Shown: positions 40,757 through 50,365 of the stretch, one piece after another
How the letters are laid out: the number at the start of each line of letters is the position of its first letter
Numbering within the stretch: the stretch's first letter is position 1
The notes under the pieces: model-generated
The model's database searches: none
Told to the model about the DNA's origin: nothing
Seen by the model: the letters and a program-made list of their open reading frames with translations, nothing else
Position numbers and translations under genes: made by a program
DNA from: Candidatus Hodarchaeota archaeon
Lineage (GTDB): Archaea; Asgardarchaeota; Heimdallarchaeia; Hodarchaeales; Hodarchaeaceae
Reading direction: 5' to 3'
DNA length: 55,069 bases
Assembly: GCA_029856365.1 (NCBI GenBank)
Contig: JAHQWW010000014.1
Coordinates: 1-55,069 of the forward strand

Positions 40757-41556
40757 TGGAAGATAAATCAAAAATATCTTTAGAAAAGGATATTTCACAG
40801 AGAGACCAAGAAAATGGTACAAACCCTCTAGTGAAATTTTTTGTAGTAATTCTAGTTTCATTAGTATTATTTGGAAGTGCAAATATAATTAAAATTTATT
40901 GTATCGTCTTTGTTATTATTATCATTTACTTATTCGGAGGATTGTCTTTTAAAGTTGCTAGACCTCGGTATAAAATGATAATAATCTTTTCATTTACTAT
41001 TTTATTAGTACAAATTCTATTTGTTCATGGTGGAGATCTTGTTTTTCATCTTATTCCGATATCGATCGGGATATATGGTCCGTTCTTCCCAATATACGAA
41101 CAAGGGATCTATCAGGGGTTAATCATAATCGGACGTTTTTGGGGTTTAATTTCAATCAGTTGGGTTTTTATTAATTCAACTAATCCTTTTGATTTCGCTC
41201 AATCGTTAACAAAAATAGGAGTTCCTTACCGTTTTGCATATTCACTGTCGTTAGCACTACGATTTACGCCAGTTTTTAGCATAGAAACCAATATCATTCA
41301 GAATGCGCAGCAAGCACGAGGACTGAATGTCAATCCCAATAATATACGGGGAATCATAAACTTACTTCAGTACACATTAATTCCTATGATTAGCTCAACT
41401 CTCAATCGAATACGTGATATTACAATCAGTATGGATGGTCGTGCGTTCGGTTGCTATTCCACTAGAAGTTATATCAAGGATATTCCTTTTACATTAAAAG
41501 ATTGGATTAAATTAGTTATTGTTACTGGTTTCTTAGTGATTTTCAGTATCTTATAA
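40756..41556 (+). CDS. ecfT: ECF transporter transmembrane T component
   Basis: LALRFTP, AQQARG, MDGRAF; overlaps the ATPase stop by 1 nt. Confidence 0.92.
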   Translation: MEDKSKISLEKDISQRDQENGTNPLVKFFVVILVSLVLFGSANIIKIYCIVFVIIIIYLFGGLSFKVARPRYKMIIIFSFTILLVQILFVHGGDLVFHLIPISIGIYGPFFPIYEQGIYQGLIIIGRFWGLISISWVFINSTNPFDFAQSLTKIGVPYRFAYSLSLALRFTPVFSIETNIIQNAQQARGLNVNPNNIRGIINLLQYTLIPMISSTLNRIRDITISMDGRAFGCYSTRSYIKDIPFTLKDWIKLVIVTGFLVIFSIL

Positions 41557-41608
41557 ATAGTAAATGATAGAAATAAAGTTATTTAAAACTATATAAAATT
41601 AAGGGGTA

Positions 41609-42346
41609 ATGATGGCTCAAGATCAATTTTATTCCGAAAGACCTTTAGTTCATCAACATATTGTTCTCATACAAATTGATAAATTGTTTTGTCATGAGGA
41701 AGTTGTACAGAGCCAAGTGGAATGGTTAAAAAATAACCTAAAAGAACTTGGATATTTTTTCCGTCCGATTTTAGTTGCAAAAAACGAGAATGTTATTCTA
41801 GACGGTCATCATAGATTGGTTGCACTTAAAGAACTGGGTGAAGAAAGAAGAATAGAAAAAATAAAAATTCCGTGCGTTGAAATTGAATATGTTGATAACC
41901 CAGAGATTACACTTGGTACATGGCATCCCATTTACGTTGAAATAAGACCTATTGGCTTTCCAGCAGAGTTTAAGAAAATTGGAGTCAAATGGAAAAAAAT
42001 ACATACTTTCTCACAAAACATCTTAAATAACCCTAAATACGGCTTTACGCTCAAAACAATGGAAGGGAACTATTTTAGTTTGAAGGGAACACAACAGGAT
42101 ATTTATAAAAAATTTCTTAAACATTATGAACCTGAATCTTTTGAATATGCTAAAACACTCGAATATGCAATTCAATCTGTTGAAGCTGGTCGAGCATCAT
42201 TCGCTCTTTTACGAACACGAGTCACAAAACAAGATGTTATTAAAACAGCTAAAAATAAGGAGCTCTATGCACCTAAAACAACACGACATATTCTTTCATT
42301 TCGATATCAAGACATAAAGGTACCTTTAGAAACTTTATTTTCTTAA
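41609..42346 (+). CDS. serK: ParB-like fold free serine kinase (SerK-like)
   Basis: HE, RPILV, DGHHR, TWHP, PKTTRH, about 245 aa; matches the recalled Thermococcus SerK layout. Confidence 0.7.
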   Translation: MMAQDQFYSERPLVHQHIVLIQIDKLFCHEEVVQSQVEWLKNNLKELGYFFRPILVAKNENVILDGHHRLVALKELGEERRIEKIKIPCVEIEYVDNPEITLGTWHPIYVEIRPIGFPAEFKKIGVKWKKIHTFSQNILNNPKYGFTLKTMEGNYFSLKGTQQDIYKKFLKHYEPESFEYAKTLEYAIQSVEAGRASFALLRTRVTKQDVIKTAKNKELYAPKTTRHILSFRYQDIKVPLETLFS

Positions 42347-42385
42347 TCTTCTTTAATTCAAGCATCAATAAACTTAATGCATTAA

Positions 42386-42988
42386 TTGGAGACATATACG
42401 TTGGAAATCGAATTAATACAAATCACACCAATAACAGGTATTGTTGAAGGAATGAAGACTTCTCGTCGCAAGGATCATATTGAAAAAATCCCAGAGAAGA
42501 TCTTTAAGTGGGGACATTGGTCTGTCTTGGAACACTCTTCTATGACCGTAAGAATCCGAGAGATTAGCCGAGCTTGCTCCCATCAGTTAGTTCGTCATCG
42601 AATCGGAGTTACATTTACTCAAGAGTCTCAACGTTACTTTGATCCATTAATGGATCCCAATTGGTTTATTATCCCTCCAAGAATTGCACAGAATGATGAA
42701 TTAAAACAAAAATATGTTAAAGCTCGGAATCGTGAGGCTGATGAATACCGTTATTATCGTGAGAATAAGATTCCAAAAGAGGATGCCAGATTTTGTCTGC
42801 CTAATGCTTGTAAAACTACTGTCACCTGGACTTTTAACATGAACAGTCTTATTTGGTTTTTTGAACAACGTTTGAAGAAGGATGCACAATGGGAAATTAG
42901 GATGCTAGCTCAAAAGCTTTTTGATTTAGTGATGACTACTGATTGGAAAGAATTTATACAATATTGGAAACCCAAGAGTAGAAGATGA
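42386..42988 (+). CDS. thyX: flavin-dependent thymidylate synthase
   Basis: GHWSVLEH, SRACSHQLVRHR...ESQRY, EDAR..LP, AQWEIR. Confidence 0.95.
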   Translation: METYTLEIELIQITPITGIVEGMKTSRRKDHIEKIPEKIFKWGHWSVLEHSSMTVRIREISRACSHQLVRHRIGVTFTQESQRYFDPLMDPNWFIIPPRIAQNDELKQKYVKARNREADEYRYYRENKIPKEDARFCLPNACKTTVTWTFNMNSLIWFFEQRLKKDAQWEIRMLAQKLFDLVMTTDWKEFIQYWKPKSRR

Positions 42989-43086
42989 CGAAATAAGGGA
43001 GTTTATAATGATATTTACCCATAATTTAAGATTGGATGCTTAGAAATAAAAAGGGAAGAAAATAAAAGGGCAATAGTGGATTCCTC

Positions 43087-44019
43087 TTAACTCTTTCTTT
43101 TACCAATCATTCTTAATATAACAACACTTGAAACTACTGCAAGGATTATTATAGGAAACTCAAAGGAATGAGTGACACCTGGAAGGAGACCACCAGCAGC
43201 TCCAATAGAGACAGGTTTATTTTGTACTAATATTTCAGATTCAAATGAGAATTTTCCTATATCTTCACCTTTTGTCATTGTTTTATATTTTTTTAATGTT
43301 CCACCTTCTGTGAATTCAATTTCCCAAATAATTTCATAGATATCATATTCTCTGTATCGTTGTTCTGTATAATCCATGTAATATATCTCCCCTTCGAACT
43401 TCATTTCACCATACCACTTATGAGTGTCTTCAGTAAACATATCTAGACCATTATTTAAATCACTTTCACCCATAAGAGAGAAACTAGTAGTAATATCTAT
43501 AAAATCTCCCATATCTCTTGTTTCTTCACCATCATCGATCCAAATAGTAGTTTCCCAATCCTCGATATTTTTTGCTAGATTATCATTGATATCATTCCAG
43601 TTAGGGTCAATAAACATAATTTGATCAGGTCCATAAACACCTCTTAATATGATGTCATTATCATCCACTATATATTGAGGATAGAATAATGATATGAATT
43701 CAGTTTGATCACTGCTGAAGTTAAAATCCTCTCTATCTTGCTCGTTACTCCAGCTGTCCCACAAAGTATAATCAAGTAATTTGTTACCTGAATCTAAATT
43801 AGTTATTTCTAGGTTATAATTCATTTGACTAAGAGAATAAGATTCATCTATTTTACCATCAGTGGTCTCTACTGTTCTTTTATATATTGTTTGAACTCCA
43901 AAGACAAGAAGATCATTTTCATTGAAATCTCTACTTTGGGCACTTACAGGTTTAGAAACTGTTAAAAGTAGCAGAAAAGTTACAGAAAATAATAATTCAA
44001 TTTTATTTATCCGTTTCAT
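43087..44019 (-). CDS. secreted/surface protein with C-terminal TM anchor
   Basis: Signal peptide (..VSA), acidic body, C-terminus 'HSFEFPIIILAVVSSVVILRMIGKRKS'. Confidence 0.8.
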   Translation of the reverse strand: MKRINKIELLFSVTFLLLLTVSKPVSAQSRDFNENDLLVFGVQTIYKRTVETTDGKIDESYSLSQMNYNLEITNLDSGNKLLDYTLWDSWSNEQDREDFNFSSDQTEFISLFYPQYIVDDNDIILRGVYGPDQIMFIDPNWNDINDNLAKNIEDWETTIWIDDGEETRDMGDFIDITTSFSLMGESDLNNGLDMFTEDTHKWYGEMKFEGEIYYMDYTEQRYREYDIYEIIWEIEFTEGGTLKKYKTMTKGEDIGKFSFESEILVQNKPVSIGAAGGLLPGVTHSFEFPIIILAVVSSVVILRMIGKRKS

Positions 44020-44142
44020 TTAGATTTCACCTTAATTTTATTTTTTAAACAATTTCACGTTCAATTTTAGATATTTATTTTCCAAAGAATTCGACAAATA
44101 AAAGGATATGTGATTGACTAAAAAATATAGGAAAAAAATCCT

Positions 44143-45450
44143 TTAGATTTTACCGTATACTCCTTTTATGAATACTAACGCTCCAAGAATGAAAAATCCC
44201 ATTCCGATTAGTAAGAGTAAGATCAAATCTAAGGAAATCTGATTAGCTTCCAAATTAAGGATCAATATCTTCCGATATACCTCACCAGTTGAATAAAATG
44301 GATTTAAGTGCCATAATTGAATATCACCGATTAAATTGGTTCTTGGTAGAGGAATGAAACCACCAGTTAAAAAAGAGAGCGGGATTGCAATCAGGCCTGG
44401 CAAATAGGTTGCCATTTTACCCCCAAGGAACGCAGCAATTCCTAAGCTTATTCCTAGAAGGGGTAACACAGCCAAAATACTCACAAGAATCACCAAAAGG
44501 GCCTGATCCACTCTTTGGAAAGGAAAACCTAAGAAATAAATAGTAATGATCACACAAGTCATTGTCAGTAATGTTGAAATGATCTGGGTAAATGTTAGAC
44601 CGAAAAGAAAGTATGATGAGGGAAAATCACTTAACTTTAATCTATCAATCGTACTCTGCTCTTGCTCGTACCCAACAATTCCTGCAACACCAGTACTTGA
44701 TGTAATTAAAACGAATATCAAGAATGCTGGAATATAAATATCAAATTCCGTAAAAGCGAGCGTTGTAATCATTTCATAATCCACGGAGAATTTTCCTGGT
44801 AAATCAAGTCCTATAACCCAAAAATGATCTAAAAAAGAATTAAGCATCTCTTCTAATAATGTGGTTGCTTCTGCAAAGCGTGCATAGGAATAGTCTCCTA
44901 TTAATTCAATGACTGTTTCTGAATAGACGTATTCAGTGGCATTTAATAAGAGTTTTCCATTAGTTGCCATAATTCGATGATTCAATCCAGCAATTAGTGT
45001 TTGTGAAAAATTAATTGGGATAATAATGGATAAGCTGATAAAACGACTTTGAACGGCTTTACCTGCGTCATCCAAGTCAGCATACGAAATGACAGAAAAA
45101 CTACGTTTATCATTCTCTGATAAAAGAATCCTTGATTGGTTTATATTCTTGATAAAGCAGGTACCAAATCCTTCTTCAAGAGGATCTCCTAATAAACCAG
45201 TTTCTGCCATATGATCATAAAATTGAGATCGAAGTGTGGAGTTTAGGTCTGGGTCCTGATCCTGATTAATGATGCCAATTTTATAATTATCTCCTGTATC
45301 CCCAATAATAACAAATGAGCTTTTCTCTCCATAAAGAAATGCAATTCCCACAATAAATAGAACGGGTATTAAGAATATTATACTCATTCTTTCGACATTT
45401 CTACCTGTCTGTTTCAAGCATTTTATGGTGTAAAGAATTATTTTATACAT
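44143..45450 (-). CDS. ABC-2 type transporter permease
   Basis: N-terminal TM, IGIINQD extracellular domain, E...TIDRL, multiple TMs. Confidence 0.88.
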   Translation of the reverse strand: MYKIILYTIKCLKQTGRNVERMSIIFLIPVLFIVGIAFLYGEKSSFVIIGDTGDNYKIGIINQDQDPDLNSTLRSQFYDHMAETGLLGDPLEEGFGTCFIKNINQSRILLSENDKRSFSVISYADLDDAGKAVQSRFISLSIIIPINFSQTLIAGLNHRIMATNGKLLLNATEYVYSETVIELIGDYSYARFAEATTLLEEMLNSFLDHFWVIGLDLPGKFSVDYEMITTLAFTEFDIYIPAFLIFVLITSSTGVAGIVGYEQEQSTIDRLKLSDFPSSYFLFGLTFTQIISTLLTMTCVIITIYFLGFPFQRVDQALLVILVSILAVLPLLGISLGIAAFLGGKMATYLPGLIAIPLSFLTGGFIPLPRTNLIGDIQLWHLNPFYSTGEVYRKILILNLEANQISLDLILLLLIGMGFFILGALVFIKGVYGKI

Positions 45451-45456
45451 TTCTCA

Positions 45457-46839
45457 TCAACCTCGTCTTTTAAAACGTAGATAACTAAAAATTATAAGAG
45501 AAAAAATCAAAAAAATTATTGAAAGAAACAGACTCATGAAGATATCAAATAAAACAAGATGAAAGTCAAAATCATAAAGTAGTACTTGACGTAAAGCATT
45601 TGCGGTGTGAGTTAGGGGTAGAAAATCCCATAAAAGAAAATCTCGTGGATAACCACTTGAGGTTGGGAAAATTCCAGGAATGAGAATTACTTTAGGGATT
45701 TCAATGAATGCTCCACTCATGAATGCAATGAATGGTGCACCAAAACCTAGTACATTCCCTACGACATCTTCGTTCGATAAAAAAGCAGTGGAAATGAATA
45801 CGAGGAATAGACAAAATGGGAAGATTGTTAAAGCAATCAAAAACCCAATGAGAATATCTCCTTGGGGGTTAAATCCTAGCATTAAGCTAGTAAGAAATAG
45901 AATTATCGTTTGGCCTATCATGATAGGGATTTGTACTAAAATTGAACCAATGATGTATACTCCTCCTGAGGAGGGAGCTAAACGAATGCGATCAAAGGTT
46001 GTATTATTAGACCTGAATTCCATGCAAAAAAACATTGAAATCAATGACGGTTGGACAATTATTCCAAAAGCAATTAAACCTGGAATAGACAATTCGAATA
46101 GGGAGTATTTTGGAATAGAAACTTCATAATCTTTATTCATTCTGATAGAAATACTTCCACCAGGCCCTTTGAATGTAGTTGTGAGATCTTGATATTCATG
46201 GATCACGATTGAGAGTACTGATTTTGCCATTTTAAAGTTAAAATAGCTTTCATCTCCTATTATACGGATTGAATCGTTAATATTTGTTGGCAAATCAGGG
46301 AAAGTAGGAAAATCTAACTGTATCATTTCATGAAGATAAAATCTAAATGTATTATGCCAGTATCTGTTCAAGATTGAAAGAGTCGTGTTAGAAAAATTGG
46401 GGCTAAGGACAATTAATATATCTAAATCTCGTTTAAATAACTTATCAGTTGCATCGGATTCTTCTTCAAATTGAGTTACTTCAAATATGTGTGGAGCATT
46501 GGTAATGTTACTATATGTTAAATTAGCAAGAATATCAATAAATTCGATACCAAATCCTTTATCAAGAACATCAGAACTGTGATACAGAGTAAAAGAAGAA
46601 TTTCCCATTATGGTTTCATTATGAAAGAGAGATTTAATTTCATCAGATAGACCTAAATCTTGATTAATTACACCTACTAAAAAAGTTTGACTTTCTCCAA
46701 CGGGGGATGTTGAAAATCCGATCCAATATAATCCAATAAAAAACAATGGATACAATATTAAATACGGAATAGTCCATTTACTTCTAAACAATTGCAGTCC
46801 CATTCGTTGTGCGACTCCAAGGATTTGTTTTAATGACAT
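45457..46839 (-). CDS. ABC-2 type transporter permease
   Basis: VGVINQD, PGLI, TFDRIRLAP, SGAF, PLTH..NALR. Confidence 0.88.
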   Translation of the reverse strand: MSLKQILGVAQRMGLQLFRSKWTIPYLILYPLFFIGLYWIGFSTSPVGESQTFLVGVINQDLGLSDEIKSLFHNETIMGNSSFTLYHSSDVLDKGFGIEFIDILANLTYSNITNAPHIFEVTQFEEESDATDKLFKRDLDILIVLSPNFSNTTLSILNRYWHNTFRFYLHEMIQLDFPTFPDLPTNINDSIRIIGDESYFNFKMAKSVLSIVIHEYQDLTTTFKGPGGSISIRMNKDYEVSIPKYSLFELSIPGLIAFGIIVQPSLISMFFCMEFRSNNTTFDRIRLAPSSGGVYIIGSILVQIPIMIGQTIILFLTSLMLGFNPQGDILIGFLIALTIFPFCLFLVFISTAFLSNEDVVGNVLGFGAPFIAFMSGAFIEIPKVILIPGIFPTSSGYPRDFLLWDFLPLTHTANALRQVLLYDFDFHLVLFDIFMSLFLSIIFLIFSLIIFSYLRFKRRG

Positions 46840-46851
46840 TAAAACTTCCTC

Positions 46852-47808
46852 TTAATTACGTAGAGCTCGACCAGTTAAGTTAATGAAGACATCTTCAAGT
46901 GATGTGCTTCTGATAGACATGTTTTCGACCTCCCAACCTTGAGTTTCAATGAAATTTAAGATGCGAGTCAATCGTGAAACAACATCAAGGGCTCGGATAA
47001 TAATTAAACCACTAGAAACATATGCATCCTCAATACCGTTAAAGGTCTTTAATGCTTTAGCTAAATCATCTAAATTATCCCTTCTATTTAAAGAGAACTC
47101 AACTAAGTCACCTTCACCAATCGAAGCTTTCAATTTCTTAGGTGTGTCTAAAACCAGGATTTTACCCTGATCAATAATAGCTACACGATCACTTAAACGA
47201 TCTGCTTCCTCCATAAAATGAGTGGTTAAAATTACAGTTTTGCCTTGGTTTGGGAGATCTTTGAGTACTTCCCAAACCGCAACACGAGATTGAGGATCTA
47301 ATCCAGGAGTAGGTTCGTCACACAATATAATCGTTGGATCATGAATTAACCCTAAGATTAAGTTTAATCTTCGTTGTAATCCTCCAGATAATGTCCGAAC
47401 TAAATGTTTACGCTTCTCAGTCAAGCCTACTCTAGCAATTAAAAAATCTATACGTTCTCGTGCTTCATTCTTTGGAATGTCGTAGATTTTCGCTAAAAAC
47501 CATAGGTTTTCCTCAACTGTCAAATCATCATAAAATGTAAGAGATTGAGGAATGATCCCAAGTGCCCTTTTGAGTTCTTTTCCGTTCTTATGAGGATCTT
47601 GTCCCATAATTGTGATTTTCCCTACATCTGGTCTTAAAAGTCCAATAATCATCCTCAAGCTAGTTGTTTTACCAGCACCATTTGGGCCTAAAAAGCCAAA
47701 AATCTCATTCTCACGAATTTCAAGAGAGATACCATCAACAGCTTTTACTAGTTTATCCCCTTTCCCAAAATATTTCTTTAGGTTTCTCACTTCAATAATA
47801 TTGGCCAT
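46852..47808 (-). CDS. ABC-2 (DrrA-like) transporter ATP-binding protein
   Basis: GPNGAGKTT, LSGG, DEPT.GLDP, TTHFMEEA, SLEDVF..LTG. Confidence 0.95.
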   Translation of the reverse strand: MANIIEVRNLKKYFGKGDKLVKAVDGISLEIRENEIFGFLGPNGAGKTTSLRMIIGLLRPDVGKITIMGQDPHKNGKELKRALGIIPQSLTFYDDLTVEENLWFLAKIYDIPKNEARERIDFLIARVGLTEKRKHLVRTLSGGLQRRLNLILGLIHDPTIILCDEPTPGLDPQSRVAVWEVLKDLPNQGKTVILTTHFMEEADRLSDRVAIIDQGKILVLDTPKKLKASIGEGDLVEFSLNRRDNLDDLAKALKTFNGIEDAYVSSGLIIIRALDVVSRLTRILNFIETQGWEVENMSIRSTSLEDVFINLTGRALRN

Positions 47809-47814
47809 TAGTTA

Positions 47815-48357
47815 TCATTCTCCTCCAATAATATTAAATTCAGGGAATTTTTCTTTAAAGAAATTCAAGGCATATTCAAGTAATTGCACATATGCATTGT
47901 ATCCAAAGATTTGTTCTTCAAGAAATTGTTTCAAAGTAGGATCTGAATCTTGGCATTTTTCCATTAGCTGTTGTAAATCTTTGATACAAACGTTTGTTTT
48001 ATCAATAAAACCTTCAAAGATCTTTACAATCATTTCTGCTCCTGATGTCGCTTTATAGGTATATCCAGTTTTATGAGTACCTTCTTTCAAAACAGTACCA
48101 TACTTTTCATTTATCTTGATTGCTCTATTAATGGAAGAAACCGATGTTGGATATTTTCCACCTGGAAAAAGGTCTGTTAGTCTTTTTGCAATAGTTCTTT
48201 GAGTCCATTGATGACCATTTAGATCTTGTGGTTCTAAAAGAAATAAAGTATCTATCCAGCCACAAAGTCCAGGAATACCGTGTTCTTCATAGTATTCAGC
48301 GAATATATCATAAAGTTGCGCCCTTAACGGACTGATCATTTGAGTTAAAACCGTCAA
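47815..48357 (-). CDS. GbsR/MarR-like winged-helix transcription regulator
   Basis: 'FAEYYEEHGIP.L.G.I...L.L...T...IA...SVSSINRAIK'; heads the ABC operon. Confidence 0.65.
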   Translation of the reverse strand: MTVLTQMISPLRAQLYDIFAEYYEEHGIPGLCGWIDTLFLLEPQDLNGHQWTQRTIAKRLTDLFPGGKYPTSVSSINRAIKINEKYGTVLKEGTHKTGYTYKATSGAEMIVKIFEGFIDKTNVCIKDLQQLMEKCQDSDPTLKQFLEEQIFGYNAYVQLLEYALNFFKEKFPEFNIIGGE

Positions 48358-48425
48358 TTGAAAAAAATATATGAAAATCTACAATAAAACTAATTATATT
48401 AATGTATTATAAGGATTTCCATTTC

Positions 48426-48444
48426 TTGAAATTCAAAATTTCAA
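48426..48444. promoter_or_regulatory. 8-3-8 inverted repeat, candidate operator
   Basis: TTGAAATT-CAA-AATTTCAA, about 70 nt upstream of the regulator/ABC operon. Confidence 0.4.
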
Positions 48445-48504
48445 AATTTTGCGATAAAAAAGTCAAAGAAATCAACGATTTTTGAGAAAAAAAGAAGGAG
48501 AAAA

Positions 48505-49761
48505 TTAAGTCTTCTTCCTTATTAAGACTGGAACTAGAATCAATAATCCTAGAACCTCAGGTATTAGGAAACTTGGTGTTGGTTGATTCGTTGATGATGT
48601 TTCAGATGTGTTCTCTGATGACTCTGATGTTGGGATTGTGGGTGGAGAAAGTTCTCCCTCGAATAGTGCTCTATATCTTGGATCATGATTAAATGGTTCA
48701 CCATTCCAGACGGGGTAGCAAATTCGATATAAAAATGATACTTCTTCTATCCCTAAGGGAGGAATCTTTGTTAACTCACTCATTGATGAAAAGAAAGAGC
48801 TCCACCAATTATATAGTTCTTGAGGGGTTCTCCATGAATATAATTGTTCATCAAAAAGTGTATTCGGATTTGCAGGTGTCGCTATAGCAGTGTGAGTGGT
48901 TCCGCTCAATTCAAGGTCATAAGTATCTTGAAATAATGACTGGAAGATAGGAACATCGTTAACTTTTATGATTGCATCTGAAATACCTGTCGTTCCATTA
49001 CTTACAGCGACAGATATGGGATTATCACTACTAACTGTTGTACCAAACAGTATTGAAAGACTGTATTTAGAAAGATCCACATCTTGTAATCGAATTTCAT
49101 TGAACGGTGGTTGAGTATTATAATCAAATTCATACGCGTCCCAGGCTCCCATTTCAATTGCTAACTTCAATTCAGAGTAGTTTTGACTGATCGCGAAAGA
49201 ATATGTCAGATTAACACTATCTATGATCGTTTTTACATTATTTTGTACTGGACTCGGTTGAAAAAAGCCATCTACTTCTAGGTATCTTACCTTCCAAGAA
49301 TAGATTCTCTTTGTATCTTCTGTAGTTTTATCAATTTGAGGAAGGATAATACCTTGAGAAGCATTTAACATAACATAATACTTCAATTCCTCCTCCAAAT
49401 CAAGAATATCATTATCATTACTATCTTGGAATAATTCAAATCCCGTTATTATTGTACCAACAAAAAATGGGTTGTTTGAGACGTTAAAAGATTGTCCAAA
49501 AAAGGGATAAAATGGAGCAATAGTAGACATACCAGTCAGTTCATCATACATAGTCAATGATAAAAATGAGGTTTCATCTGTATGAACCCACGTATAAGAA
49601 AGTCTTGAAATTTGATTGGCAATGGTTCCTGAGGAATATTCTTCTTCAATTGGTATATCAGTTGCAATTACTGGGCGAAGAAAATTACTAATGAAAAGCA
49701 AAATTGTTACGATTACAATCATTTTAAGTGAAATTTTGTCTAATCTCTTCATCTTTTGCAC
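48505..49761 (-). CDS. secreted/surface protein with S/T/P linker and C-terminal anchor
   Basis: Signal peptide; 'PPTIPTSESSENTSETSSTNQPTPSFLIPEVLGLLILVPVLIRKKT'. Confidence 0.82.
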   Translation of the reverse strand: MQKMKRLDKISLKMIVIVTILLFISNFLRPVIATDIPIEEEYSSGTIANQISRLSYTWVHTDETSFLSLTMYDELTGMSTIAPFYPFFGQSFNVSNNPFFVGTIITGFELFQDSNDNDILDLEEELKYYVMLNASQGIILPQIDKTTEDTKRIYSWKVRYLEVDGFFQPSPVQNNVKTIIDSVNLTYSFAISQNYSELKLAIEMGAWDAYEFDYNTQPPFNEIRLQDVDLSKYSLSILFGTTVSSDNPISVAVSNGTTGISDAIIKVNDVPIFQSLFQDTYDLELSGTTHTAIATPANPNTLFDEQLYSWRTPQELYNWWSSFFSSMSELTKIPPLGIEEVSFLYRICYPVWNGEPFNHDPRYRALFEGELSPPTIPTSESSENTSETSSTNQPTPSFLIPEVLGLLILVPVLIRKKT

Positions 49762-49840
49762 CTAATACTCATTTTTCCTGAGTTTTATCATACATAGATA
49801 CACCTGAGAAATTAAATTCTTTTCTTAAAATAGATATAGA

Positions 49841-49869
49841 TTAGAACAGTGTGAAACTCTCTGTTCTAA
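49841..49869. promoter_or_regulatory. 9-bp inverted repeat (hairpin or operator)
   Basis: TTAGAACAG-tgtgaaactct-CTGTTCTAA, 80 nt upstream of the surface-protein start. Confidence 0.4.
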
Positions 49870-49962
49870 AAATTAGACAAACTGTATTACTAAGATTTCC
49901 CAATCATAAAGCCAATGTTCATTGTTCATCAATCTAACATGAGAAGTACTTTTGAGAATGTG

Positions 49963-50331
49963 TTAATAAATGAAGGAAAACAGATTCAGACCTTCGAGTG
50001 TTTGGTATTTTTGATACAGATTAGCAATTAAACAGGAATGTATTGGGAATACTATGAAAATTTCTCCCACATAAATATTCTCGATAAACTCCTCTTCAGC
50101 TTTAATAATACTGTGTTCCTGGGAAATTTCACAAACGAAAGCATTAGTAATTGTTTTACTTCAATCATCATCTTGATGTAAAGTAATTTGGCCAAAGGAT
50201 TTCGAACCATCATCTAGAATAATAAAATCCTTTGATAGATGAACCCCACCACCATAGATAACTAGTTTGTTTCTTTCAGGATATTTAGCAAAGATAGGAC
50301 AATTCACAACCAAAGTAATGCGAACTCTTTT
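49963..50331 (-). pseudogene. C-terminal domain of a D-threonine aldolase/D-serine dehydratase-like (alanine-racemase fold) enzyme
   Basis: Reads LVVNCPIFAKYPERNKLVIYGGGVHLSKD...DDD*SKTITNAFVCEISQEHSII...VGEIFIVFPIHSCLIAN; TGA at 50161-50163; N-terminal barrel absent. Confidence 0.75.
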
Positions 50332-50365
50332 TCATTAGCTATTGCCATTAGTTTTTCAATATCAA

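Noticed and set aside
45680-48058. Long antisense ORFs 45680-46129 and 47612-48058, and the many 60-100 aa overlapping ORFs elsewhere
   Set aside because: They lie opposite or within well-supported genes and show no motifs
27304-50163. In-frame TGA codons at 27304 and 50161 as possible recoding or selenocysteine
   Set aside because: They replace different expected residues (Gly and probably Trp), lie in truncated fragments, and many intact genes here end in TGA
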